The position numbers and the translations under genes are program-made. 64,000 nt of DNA from Botryllus schlosseri (taxonomy: Eukaryota). The notes under the pieces are model-generated. The model did not search any database, was not told where the DNA came from, and saw nothing but the letters and a program-made list of their open reading frames with translations. The stretch spans positions 7,070,001-7,134,000 of the forward strand of contig CM119372.1 in the NCBI GenBank assembly GCA_051294905.1. Reading direction: 5' to 3'. Below, piece by piece: positions 14,398 through 27,163 of this stretch. How positions within the stretch are numbered: the stretch's first letter is position 1; every line of letters begins with the position of its first letter.

Positions 14398-17300
14398 GAA
14401 TGAAATATTTGGACTTTGACATAGTGTGAATTGAAATAGGATTGACAAACACGACTACCAACTTTGATCCAGCCACATTTCAAGATCATACTTTGAAACA
14501 AGTAATGTAACATTACAACTCTATTCACGATCCCGCTTTCCATTTGTCAAAGAGATATTTTAACATCTTACCATACTCAAAAGAATTATTCACAACATTA
14601 ACAATTGTTCAAAATCTAGTTTTCACCTACTTGATTATATCACTGCAACTCATAAATTTGAATTAATTCATCCTGGTTGTATTCGTATGCTCGGTCTTTT
14701 TTATTCAATTGTAAAGGTTGTTACTATTCTGAAGACAAAGTATTTACAAATCGGTGCATATACGATTTGACTTGGACATACTATATTTCGAGTATACGAG
14801 ATTTGAATGTCTGAACAATAACTGAGAAATAATTTATCACAATTAAATCCGTAATATTACAGCGTAAAAGATATTGGAATGTCAGCAACTCTGTAAGGTC
14901 ATAGTTACTACCACTAATTTACCCGACCAACTCGTCATGATCATTCCTGAAATCAACACAAACGTGACCACTGACTTGAGTTAACCACAAAACAGCATCA
15001 AGTTTTAAATCCACTTGTAGCTTACGGCTTATTTGAATGCGGGTTATGTTTTGTTGTAATTGAGTGTACAGAAATAGTATTACGTCTCGACATATCACCA
15101 TGTCGGAATTTGTGACAGAGAATTGAAACATATGCACTTTACAGAGTGTGAAAATATCACTTTGAGTATCGAGTACCGTTCGAAGCTAGCGATCAATTCT
15201 TAATCATTTCAGTAGCTCCCCATTGTGTGTGCTAAATGTAAAATATCGCGAGGTTATACACTCTAAGACTTTGATCATTACAAAAGTAAATTGTGATATG
15301 TTTGTTAGATGCATCCAATTCAACTAGAAGTGTCTAGTGCCCAACACTCGTAATATCAAAAAAGTACTTGCTACACTGTTATTTGCTACGTGTTATGCAT
15401 TGTTGTTTATTTGTAGTATTGAATGAAATTGTTCTTGAACCCTCAAATAATAATCCCCGACATGAAACCAAGCCGCTGAAAGTCGTTACCATCACGAAGA
15501 TAGAATGTGTACGATGTTTGTCAAATGTGTCCTACCTGACCAACAGAAAACAATTTTCACTAGCTTGGTAATGAAACCGAAGTCTCCATTCGATATTTTG
15601 TTTGTGTCAAATACTTTGCAATGAACACATTTGGGTGGTTGAGCTTTACATCATCAGACTGTCATCTGTACATCAAGAATACATCCGACTTGTAACCGGA
15701 TCGTTTACCTAACCGAGTTGTATGCACAGTTTGATATTTTTGTCATTTAGTGATTGCTGAACATACCACTTCGAAATACTGCGTTGATCTTAATTTCCAT
15801 CATCGTGATAAGTGAAGTACATTTGTTTTGAATTCATAACAATAGGCTTTTCTACGACATGGTAAATTATTGACAAGTTCTGCTTAGAAGATTGGTTGCA
15901 TATCACGAAAAATAATATACCACACATATTATTACTGTTACTCCATTCATCGGCATTTTTTCCGTTGTCGATTTTCAAACGAGTAAAATTTATTACTTGA
16001 GTTGCTCTGCTTACTATATTTAAATGTAAACTCGCCCGTCTTTCAACAACAAACAATGTTAAAAAAGTATGCAATCAAACACAACAAGTTTTACGATACT
16101 AATTATTATCCCACATAACCCATTTCTTACCGAAGACATATGAAATATATTCATGTTACACGAAAATATTCGCTCATGCTACAAACCTGTACAATGATTG
16201 GGGGGTGCTTTCAAACTGTTTCGATACCTCAAGAACTTTATTGTCTGAACGGTTGTTCATGTATCGTAATAATCAAGTAGTTCAACATAGAACTAGTATT
16301 AACAGAAACATCAGAGTTGTTTACACAAAAGTTTGTATGCGTGCAGTATGCGAATACCATGTGTAAGTCCAGCACAATTGTGGTATCCATCCGGGTTTAG
16401 TTAACACAATTTACGACACCGAGGTCACCTCATCTTTCGTAAGACAACAAACCAACCAAGGTTTCAGGATATGTCCGTGTCATAGCAATAAATCAGCTAC
16501 TACAACAACAGAGTACATATGTTTTCTAGTTACGGCGCTTACGTCTTACACACAAATCAATCCACTTTGCTAACAAAAAGTGCTGGGTCATCAAGTGATT
16601 ACCCTAACAACAAAACAGCTAAACGTACTATCATACAAAATGGCCGTTATAGTCACCAACGGTACATCGTACAAGTAACAAGTCTCGAGAATCCAGTTAT
16701 TGAAAAAACATGAAAGTGTTTCTACACCAAGTCGTTATGTTGACGAAAGCGTATATTGTAATATCATGATCGATTTGCATTCGTTGGTCACAAAATGTCA
16801 CTACTCTAAATAATTATTTTTCACTCAAACACAAACGCATACTTGTCGCCAATCGTTTTCATCAAGCACGAGTTCAAGAAACCTGCTACGACATGAATTG
16901 TTATTTTTTTATGTTGTGTAAATAGGTAATAATGAATTTTAGTAACACTATATCAACATCATCTAGTTGCGCGAATAGATTTACACGTGGTCTTGTGGTT
17001 TTAATCGAAGTACACAGCGCGGTCTAACGCGGAGTCATCTCTATTGTACAGCAACTCGGAAATCGAAATGCATGCATTAACATTTAAACAGCGATCGCGT
17101 TTCGTGACGCGAAAAATATGTTCACCACCGCGATACTCTGCACAGGGCGTGCAAATCCTTTTCACACTCGTAATAGTATACCAACGGCTACCGGCGACAA
17201 CGTTTAACAATACCAACGACACTAAACATACGATACCTACCCAAGTAAAATTTCCATTTTCACCTGGAGGTCAGCCGTTACCTGACTAAAAATACCATTG

Positions 17301-19789
17301 TCCTTTGGAGATTTATCGTTTACCCAGTGTAACAATCCCCTTTTCACTTGGAAATATATTTTTGACCTGGATAACAAACCCCTTTTCACTTGGAAATCTA
17401 TTTTTGCCCTGGATAACAAACCCCTTTTCACTTGGAAATCTATTTTTGCCCTGGATAACAAACCTTTTCCACTTGGAAATATATTTTTTCTCTTGGTAAC
17501 AAACCTTTTTCACTTGGAAATATATTTTTTCTCTGGTTAACAAACCTTTTTCACTTGGAAATATATTTTTTCTCTGGGCAACAAACCTTTTTCCCCGGGT
17601 AACAAACCTTTTTCCCTGAGCAACAAGCCCTTTTCACTTGGTGGGTCGTCGTTTACCTGAGTAAAAATATCATTTTCCTTTGGAGATCTGGCGTTTACCC
17701 AGTGTAACAATACATTTTCTCTTGGTCATCTAGCTTTTCCTAGAGTAACTAATCATTTCTCCTGGGTAACAAACCCTTTTCGTCTGGAAAACTATCATTT
17801 ACCCGAGTACCAATACCGTTTTCACTTGGAAATCTATCTTTTCCCTGGGTAACAATATCATTTTCGTTTTGAAAACTGACAACCACACCGGCCAATTTGA
17901 TATTTTTGGATATTGTTACAACGGATAGTGACAAAATATACACCAACAACGACTCCGATACATTTGTCTAATCAAATATTCACTTGCTCTGATGCATCCC
18001 ATCAAAATCATTGGTTACTCACATACAATAACAATGTGCTGTTGTACATCGACATGTATGTTTTCGGAATTGGCGAATAAAGGGGTTTCCGATATGTCTG
18101 TGATGTCCGGGTTCGTGCTTTGGATTTTCCAGAATCAAAATGTCTGAATAAAACACCCCCCTTGACTTTGGTAACTGGTTGATACACGGATAATGGTGTT
18201 CGGAAAACGGATGAATTTATGTTCCCCATCGCGCTAATAACTCTGGGTTACTTGTGAGTTTCCTCAGGTCTGTTTACTATATTGTGTCTTTACTGGTCAA
18301 TACATGTCGCTCCAGTCAGCTGCAACTGGCATAATGTATTTGGTGATTACCATCGTTATCAATCTTTCACGTGATGAATATGTCGGATGTCGCTACTCCC
18401 ACATAACGACTCCAGCTAAACATCGTGAGCAGTGACTCCGGATTGAAATCGTAAACAGGGACTCTGTGTGTGTGTGTGTGAATCTCGAGTTCGATTACGA
18501 TTAGAGAATGTAATCCAGGGTGTGTCTCTGCGAGCTGAAGGCGGATTTCGTGTTAATCACACCGCAAGAGGGTGCTATCTCGTAACTCGACAGGTCAACA
18601 TAAATCGCGGTTGGAAACTTTTGGTCTAGTTGATCCAGCTACGTATTGAAACGTTGTACCCACACAGCCCATTGAGAAAACGTTGTCGTTACCTGACCAT
18701 ATCCACGAGTAAATATGGGACTACGCGTAACTGTCCATAGATTCCTCTGGCCCCACACCGTGGTTTTACGACACAGACAAGATGCAGCGGTGGAAATATT
18801 AAAAATGAAAAACGATACCTTGGTGACATTTGATTTGGATTTTACACCTGACGAACCATACACTCGATTGGTACATTGGGATGACAACTCTATCGTCGAG
18901 GTCAAGGGAAAAGAAATGTACAGATTTGTTGGTGTTGTGGATATTCAGCGAAAATCAGGGTATATGGTTGTGTATGGTTCGCATATTTGACTGAGAATAT
19001 ATCGGTATACATAATGCACTGTCCATTGTATCATGTCGTGTGTCATCTATGCCCACATTGAATGTACAGAGTCGTCGCATGATGAGACTTGAGAACATGA
19101 ATTTGTTTTCCATGATGTTTGTACACCGACACATTGTATGTACACCTCGTTTACGCGAATACTTGTGAACAATCGTGACGTTACTTGTATGTGATGGTGT
19201 ATGCATTGGTATTTTTCATGGAGACAAAACACGGCCTGTAACATGTTTACTTGAATATTGGTCGTTGGTTCATGAGTGAATATCCGGATCAGGCCCACAC
19301 ACTTTCTCATATTAGTGATCCGGTTGCAGCTGACTGGAGCGACATGTATTGACCAGTAAAGACACAATATAGTAAACAGACCTGAGGAAACTCACAAGTA
19401 ACCCAGAGTTATTAGCGCGATGGGGAACATAAATTCATCCGTTTTCCGAACACCATTATCCGTGTATCAACCAGTTACCAAAGTCAAGGGGGGTGTTTTA
19501 TTCAGACATTTTGATTCTGGAAAATCCAAAGCACGAACCCGGACATCACAGACATATCGGAAACCCCTTTATTCGCCAATTCCGAAAACATACATGTCGA
19601 TGTACAACAGCACATTGTTATTGTATGTGAGTAACCAATGATTTTGATGGGATGCATCAGAGCAAGTGAATATTTGATTAGACAAATGTATCGGAGTCGT
19701 TGTTGGTGTATATTTTGTCACTATCCGTTGTAACAATATCCAAAAATATCAAATTGGCCGGTGTGGTTGTCAGTTTTCAAAACGAAAAT

Positions 19790-20660
19790 GATATTGTTAC
19801 CCAGGGAAAAGATAGATTTCCAAGTGAAAACGGTATTGGTACTCGGGTAAATGATAGTTTTCCAGACGAAAAGGGTTTGTTACCCAGGAGAAATGATTAG
19901 TTACTCTAGGAAAAGCTAGATGACCAAGAGAAAATGTATTGTTACACTGGGTAAACGCCAGATCTCCAAAGGAAAATGATATTTTTACTCAGGTAAACGA
20001 CGACCCACCAAGTGAAAAGGGCTTGTTGCTCAGGGAAAAAGGTTTGTTACCCGGGGAAAAAGGTTTGTTGCCCAGAGAAAAAATATATTTCCAAGTGTAA
20101 AAGGTTTGTTAACCAGAGATAAAAATATATTTCCAAGTGAAAAAGGTTTGTTACCCAGAGAAAAAATATATTTCCAAGTGAAAAAGGTTTGTTAACCAGA
20201 GAAAAAATATATTTCCAAGTGAAAAAGGTTTGTTAACCAGAGAAAAAATATATTTCCAAGTGAAAAAGGTTTGTTAACCAGAGAAAAAATATATTTCCAA
20301 GTGAAAAAGGTTTGTTAACCAGAGAAAAAATATATTTCCAAGTGAAAAAGGTTTGTTACCAAGAGAAAAAATATATTTCCAAGTGAAAAAGGTTTGTTAC
20401 CAAGAGAAAAAATATATTTCCAAGTGGAAAAGGTTTGTTATCCAGGGCAAAAATAGATTTCCAAGTGAAAAGGGGTTTGTTATCCAGGGCAAAAATAGAT
20501 TTCCAAGTGAAAAGGGGTTTGTTATCCAGGTCAAAAATATATTTCCAAGTGAAAAGGGGATTGTTACACTGGGTAAACGATAAATCTCCAAAGGACAATG
20601 GTATTTTTAGTCAGGTAACGGCTGACCTCCAGGTGAAAATGGAAATTTTACTTGGGTAGG
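19790..20660. repeat. Minisatellite of about 41 bp in the right arm (shorter mirror array at about 17240-17860)
   Basis: Unit approximately CCAGAGAAAAAATATATTTCCAAGTGAAAAAGGTTTGTTAA. The right arm is 247 bp (about 6 units) longer than the left. Confidence 0.9.
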
Positions 20661-23600
20661 TATCGTATGTTTAGTGTCGTTGGTATTGTTAAACGTTGTC
20701 GCCGGTAGCCGTTGGTATACTATTACGAGTGTGAAAAGGATTTGCACGCCCTGTGCAGAGTATCGCGGTGGTGAACATATTTTTCGCGTCACGAAACGCG
20801 ATCGCTGTTTAAATGTTAATGCATGCATTTCGATTTCCGAGTTGCTGTACAATAGAGATGACTCCGCGTTAGACCGCGCTGTGTACTTCGATTAAAACCA
20901 CAACACCACGTGTAAATCTATTCGCGCAACTAGATGATGTTGATATAGTGTTACTAAAATTAATTATTACCTATTTACACAACATAAAAAAATAACAATT
21001 CATGTCGTAGCAGGTTTCTTGAACTCGTGCTTGATGAAAACGATTGGCGACAAGTATGCGTTTGTGTTTGAGTGAAAAATAATTATTTAGAGTAGTGACA
21101 TTTTGTGACCAACGAATGCAAATCGATCATGATATTACAATATACGCTTTCGTCAACATAACGACTTGGTGTAGAAACACTTTCATGTTTTTTCAATAAC
21201 TGGATTCTCGAGACTTGTTACTTGTACGATGTACCGTTGGTGACTATAACGGCCATTTTGTATGATAGTACGTTTAGCTGTTTTGTTGTTAGGGTAATCA
21301 CTTGATGACCCAGCACTTTTTGTTAGCAAAGTGGATTGATTTGTGTGTAAGACGTAAGCGCCGTAACTAGAAAACATATGTACTCTGTTGTTGTAGTAGC
21401 TGATTTATTGCTATGACACGGACATATCCTGAAACCTTGGTTGGTTTGTTGTCTTACGAAAGATGAGGTGACCTCGGTGTCGTAAATTGTGTTAACTAAA
21501 CCCGGATGGATACCACAATTGTGCTGGACTTACACATGGTATTCGCATACTGCACGCATACAAACTTTTGTGTAAACAACTCTGATGTTTCTGTTAATAC
21601 TAGTTCTATGTTGAACTACTTGATTATTACGATACATGAACAACCGTTCTGACAATAAAGTTCTTGAGGTATCGAAACAGTTTGAAAGCACCCCCCAATC
21701 ATTGTACAGGTTTGTAGCATGAGCGAATATTTTCGTGTAACATGAATATATTTCATATGTCTTCGGTAAGAAATGGGTTATGTGGGATAATAATTAGTAT
21801 CGTAAAACTTGTTGTGTTTGATTGCATACTTTTTTAACATTGTTTCTTGTTGAAAGACGGGCGAGTTTACATTTAAATATAGTAAGCAGAGCAACTCAAG
21901 TAATAAATTTTACTCGTTTGAAAATCGACAACGGAAAAAATGCCGATGAATGGAGTAACAGTAATAATATGTGTGGTATATTATTTTTCGTGATATGCAA
22001 CCAATCTTCTAAGCAGAACTTGTCAATAATTTACCATGTCGTAGAAAAGCCTATTGTTATGAATTCAAAACAAATGTACTTCACTTATCACGATGATGGA
22101 AATTAAGATCAACGCAGTATTTCGAAGTGGTATGTTCAGCAATCACTAAATGACAAAAATATCAAACTGTGCATACAACTCGGTTAGGTAAACGATCCGG
22201 TTACAAGTCGGATGTATTCTTGATGTACAGATGACAGTCTGATGATGTAAAGCTCAACCACCCAAATGTGTTCATTGCAAAGTATTTGACACAAACAAAA
22301 TATCGAATGGAGACTTCGGTTTCATTACCAAGCTAGTGAAAATTGTTTTCTGTTGGTCAGGTAGGACACATTTGACAAACATCGTACACATTCTATCTTC
22401 GTGATGGTAACGACTTTCAGCGGCTTGGTTTCATGTCGGGGATTATTATTTGAGGGTTCAAGAACAATTTCATTCAATACTACAAATAAACAACAATGCA
22501 TAACACGTAGCAAATAACAGTGTAGCAAGTACTTTTTTGATATTACGAGTGTTGGGCACTAGACACTTCTAGTTGAATTGGATGCATCTAACAAACATAT
22601 CACAATTTACTTTTGTAATGATCAAAGTCTTAGAGTGTATAACCTCGCGATATTTTACATTTAGCACACACAATGGGGAGCTACTGAAATGATTAAGAAT
22701 TGATCGCTAGCTTCGAACGGTACTCGATACTCAAAGTGATATTTTCACACTCTGTAAAGTGCATATGTTTCAATTCTCTGTCACAAATTCCGACATGGTG
22801 ATATGTCGAGACGTAATACTATTTCTGTACACTCAATTACAACAAAACATAACCCGCATTCAAATAAGCCGTAAGCTACAAGTGGATTTAAAACTTGATG
22901 CTGTTTTGTGGTTAACTCAAGTCAGTGGTCACGTTTGTGTTGATTTCAGGAATGATCATGACGAGTTGGTCGGGTAAATTAGTGGTAGTAACTATGACCT
23001 TACAGAGTTGCTGACATTCCAATATCTTTTACGCTGTAATATTACGGATTTAATTGTGATAAATTATTTCTCAGTTATTGTTCAGACATTCAAATCTCGT
23101 ATACTCGAAATATAGTATGTCCAAGTCAAATCGTATATGCACCGATTTGTAAATACTTTGTCTTCAGAATAGTAACAACCTTTACAATTGAATAAAAAAG
23201 ACCGAGCATACGAATACAACCAGGATGAATTAATTCAAATTTATGAGTTGCAGTGATATAATCAAGTAGGTGAAAACTAGATTTTGAACAATTGTTAATG
23301 TTGTGAATAATTCTTTTGAGTATGGTAAGATGTTAAAATATCTCTTTGACAAATGGAAAGCGGGATCGTGAATAGAGTTGTAATGTTACATTACTTGTTT
23401 CAAAGTATGATCTTGAAATGTGGCTGGATCAAAGTTGGTAGTCGTGTTTGTCAATCCTATTTCAATTCACACTATGTCAAAGTCCAAATATTTCATTCTG
23501 GATTATTTGGATTTACCTTTAGTACATCCCGCGAATGTGGATTATTTGGATTTACCTTTAGTACATCCCGCGAATGTGGATTATTTGGATTTACCTTTAG

Positions 23601-26192
23601 TACATCCCGCGAATGGATCCCGATGCGGTACTATAACATTTTTGATAATAATGACTCAAGGATTTTCAATCAACAATACTGGAATTTTTTGGTAATGCCA
23701 GAGTTGCCAAATGATTAGTTGTGTGTTTTTGTTAAGTGTTTGATTTCAAGTTGATAAAGACAATAACTGTGTAATGCACGTACTTGTGATTCTTGATTCT
23801 TGTAGAGTTATAGTTGGTATTGATTCTATAAGTGTGAAAACAGTGGCGCGGAATGTGCGAATAATTCGATGCGGCTGAAAGTCGGCGTCAGTAATATTCG
23901 GGTTACGTTCGATTCAACAAAAACGCGTTAAAGATTTGTCAAAGGATTAGAGTTGTACCGATTTAAAACATTCAGATACGAATCGACTTGATTTGTGTAG
24001 TGAGTTTCATTTCAAGTTGATAAACTAACACATTGATTGAATATTTTCATGGATCTTATCACGCAACTAAAGTCAGCCACTATTCTGGAGGCGTGAAACA
24101 TATAGCGATCGCGGGCGAGTGACAAATTGTTGGTTTTCGAATCACCGTCTGCGACGGCTCTGTGACAAACTTATTACCGAAATATTACCTTGTGAGCGGG
24201 TATGAGAGATTGCTATATGTCTGAAGCATTATCCGGTGAGTGGTCGTTGGATTTTAAAATTATATCACAACCTTTTGAATAAGCGTTCTCTTCACAAAGG
24301 ATTAGGGTTAGAGCGGAAATAAGTGACAATTTGTCGCTATTCAAGTTACCGCGGTCTGTTATTCGTTACTTGTTAAATCTTACCAGCGAAATCAAGTTCT
24401 GTGACAAACTGATTACTAAAATTTCACCGCATGAGCGATCGGTATGGTTATGACACCAAGTCGTGAAAGATGGTTATGACCGAGACATTATCTTGTCAGC
24501 GATCGCGGGGTTTTGCAAACTATTTCACAGCTATTTGAAGTGTTAATTCGTGAGCGTTGTTATTGTTGATATTCGAATCGCCGTCTACGCCGGCTCTGTG
24601 GTAAACTAAATACCAAAATATTACCTTGCAAGTGATTCCTAGACTTGGCAAACTATTTCACACCTTTTTTGCTGAAAGTACGACATGCCGCCCGCAGTCT
24701 TTACCGAAAGTACGAATCACGACCGCACCCATAAGAAATAAGACCCGCCGCCATAAGAAATAAGTGCCGCTCGCCACCCCGGGTTTCGTGTTAGCATCAA
24801 TAGCCGCTCACCACCACCACAATAAGACGCAATAGCCGCATGCGACCGCACCCATAAGAACACATGGCGAGTCACCACAGACCCCGTAAGAATACACGAC
24901 AGGCGAATCACCGTCACCACCTATAGTAAAAAAGGTGAGTCACGACCACCGCGGTTGGCTGTGAAACAATTCAGCGCGCAGGTCATTCGAAATATAGGTC
25001 GCACTGCTTAATCCTCTTGCAAGCCACGTTTCCGTTTGTGCGGTTATTGTTGGTGACTATTCAACACCACGCGAGAGATGTCTGAAAGTGCGAATCACGA
25101 CCGCACCCATAAGAACACATGGCGAATCATCACAGATCCCGTAAGAATACATGGCGAATCACCACCACAGCCTATAGCAAAAAAGGCGAGTCACGACCAC
25201 GAGTTTTCACGGCGAATCACGACCGCAGCCTATAGCAAAAATGGCGAGTCACGACCGCACCCATAAGAACCAATGGCGATGTGCGAGCGGAAGGGGGGTC
25301 TAAAAGCGCGATATGCCAACACGAGTTTTCACGGCGATGTGCGAGAGATGCCTATACCCGAAAGTGCGACATGCGAGCGCACCCATAAGAACCAATGGCG
25401 ATGTGCGAGCGGAAGGGGGGGTCTAAAAGCGCGATATGCCAACACGAGTTTTCACGGCGATGTGCGAGCGGGCCCATAAGAACCCCTGCCACCCCCAGAC
25501 CGATCCTATATACTACTTACGTGCCTCAACTCTACAGGTAAATCTGACCATCGGGGGCAGAGAGAGAGAGGATTAAAAATTAATAATAATGTAATGCGAT
25601 TACCAATATTATTGACGAAATTCAGTCTTCAACTTGAAATTATCACCCTATGGGGCCAAAGACCAACGTTTGGACTGGGGGACGAACAGCTGTTTTGGTC
25701 CTGATTCTAGCTACAACCCACGCTAACATGATATATAAGCCCATGGCTATAGGCGCTGGTCCCAATGTTGAGTAAAGAATTATGAAATAACGATTGACGC
25801 ATGTTTCAAGCAGAGTCATATGAGCAGAACATAAAATTCTGCCTACAACTTAGGCCTAATACAGATAATATACTGCAAGCTGCCGCTACGAGAAATGGGA
25901 AAAACGGCCCGGTTATGATATATATCAGCAGCTGTTGATTTTTATTGCTTCGTTGTGGAAACCTAAATGTTTTATCTGTTGAGTACTAAATTTCAAATCT
26001 CTGTCCAGTGTAGGACTACGTACGTACTACATAGGCCTACTGCTCGCCAAGCAGCAACGGTCAAACTGCGTTTGCATAACCAAACATCAATACACAAGTT
26101 ACTAGGCAAAGTGGTGATTAACTATCCTGCTGCGGGGTACTGGCGGGTGGAACGTGTTGATAACCTGATATACAGCACGGCGGGCGTTATTA

Positions 26193-27163
26193 CGGTTGCC
26201 GGTGAACCAAGCCTTACAAACTCAGCCCTCGGTGAACTCGGCCCTCGGGAAATTTTGTATTCACGGATTGAGTAAGCGGGGGAGATAACGCGACGCTCAC
26301 ATACTCTACTTGTTTGTTTTGTGGTATTCATGGTGTTTCTCGAATACTATGGACCTCGGTGAATTCCGCCCCCGAACAATTTTGAATTAAAGCTGGGAGC
26401 TGGGATATTAGGGTTGGCGGAGGTAGGATATTAGGGTTGGTGGAGGTGGGATATTAGGGTTGGTGGAGGTGGGATATTAGGGTTGCCGGAGGTGGGATAT
26501 TAGGGTTGCCGGAGGTGGGATATTAGGGTTGCCGGAGGTGGGATATTAGGGTTGCCGGAGGTAGGATATTAGGGTTGCCGGAGGTAGGATATTAGGGTTG
26601 CCGGAGGTGGGATATTAGGGTTGCCGGAGGTGGGATATTAGGGTTGGGGGAGGAGAGATATTACGGTTGGTGGAGGTGGAATATTAGGGTTGCCGGAGGT
26701 GGGATATTAGGGTTGCCGGAGGTGGGATATTAGGGTTGCCGGGGTGGGATATTAGGGTTGGGGGAGGGGAGATATTAGGGTTGCTGGTGAATACAAAATT
26801 TCCCGAGGGCGGAATTCACCAAGGGCCGGGTTCACCGAGGTCAGAGTTCACCTAGGGCCGAGTTTGTAAGGCTGAGTTCAACGAGGTCTGATCGATATGT
26901 GAACGTCGCGTTCTTTCCCGCGCTGGGCGCTTGCGCAATCCGTGACCTGATCACGCCGTGACTGCGTGATCTACGCATGCCCTGACCTTACAAGATCGAC
27001 AAATCAGTTGATAATAACATTATTAGTTTAATAATTCATAATAGTACTTGTTAATACACTCAACTACAAAAGTTCCCGAGGGCCGAGTTCACCGAGGTCC
27101 GAGTTCACCGAGGGCCGAGTTTGTAAGGCAGGGTTCACCGAGGGCTGGGTTCACTAGTAATCG
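26193..27163. mobile_element. Unclassified non-autonomous DNA transposon with CGG/CGA-type ends and an internal TTAGGG-containing minisatellite
   Basis: Imperfect TIR CGGTTGCCGGTGAACC / GGTTCACTAGTAATCG; probable 6-bp TSD TTATTA/TTCTTA; absent from the homologous site in copy A (about 2655); repeated GAGTTCACCGAGG motifs. Confidence 0.7.
26400..26790 (+). repeat. 23-bp G-rich minisatellite, about 17 units
   Basis: Unit GGGATATTAGGGTTGCCGGAGGT with variants. Confidence 0.9.

Larger units (their letters stand above)
12379..25517. mobile_element. Polinton/Maverick-like non-autonomous element forming a 13.1-kb palindrome
   Basis: Ends AGTAGTATATAGG...CCTATATACTACT; 6-bp TSD TACGTG (12373-12378 and 25518-25523); GC-rich subterminal repeats (TTCTTATGGGTGCGGTCGTGA). 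Arms are 12379-18326 and 19323-25517, spacer 18327-19322. No pPolB, integrase, ATPase or capsid ORF is visible; the longest ORF is 121 aa. Confidence 0.85.

Noticed and set aside
17240..20660. 41-bp arrays as a CRISPR array
   Set aside because: Units are contiguous with no unique spacers, there are no cas genes, and the context is eukaryotic.
12310..25479. Paired short ORFs in the arms as functional genes
   Set aside because: They are duplicated only because of the palindrome, many arise from tandem repeats, and none has a recognisable domain.
12379..25517. Palindrome as a pure sequencing or assembly artefact
   Set aside because: Matching TSDs on both sides, continuity of the host element across it, a unique spacer, SNPs and unequal repeat counts argue that it is real. 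Long-read confirmation is still advisable.
26400..26790. True telomere or chromosome-fusion site
   Set aside because: TTAGGG occurs once per 23-bp unit inside a TIR-bounded insertion, not as a pure hexamer array.
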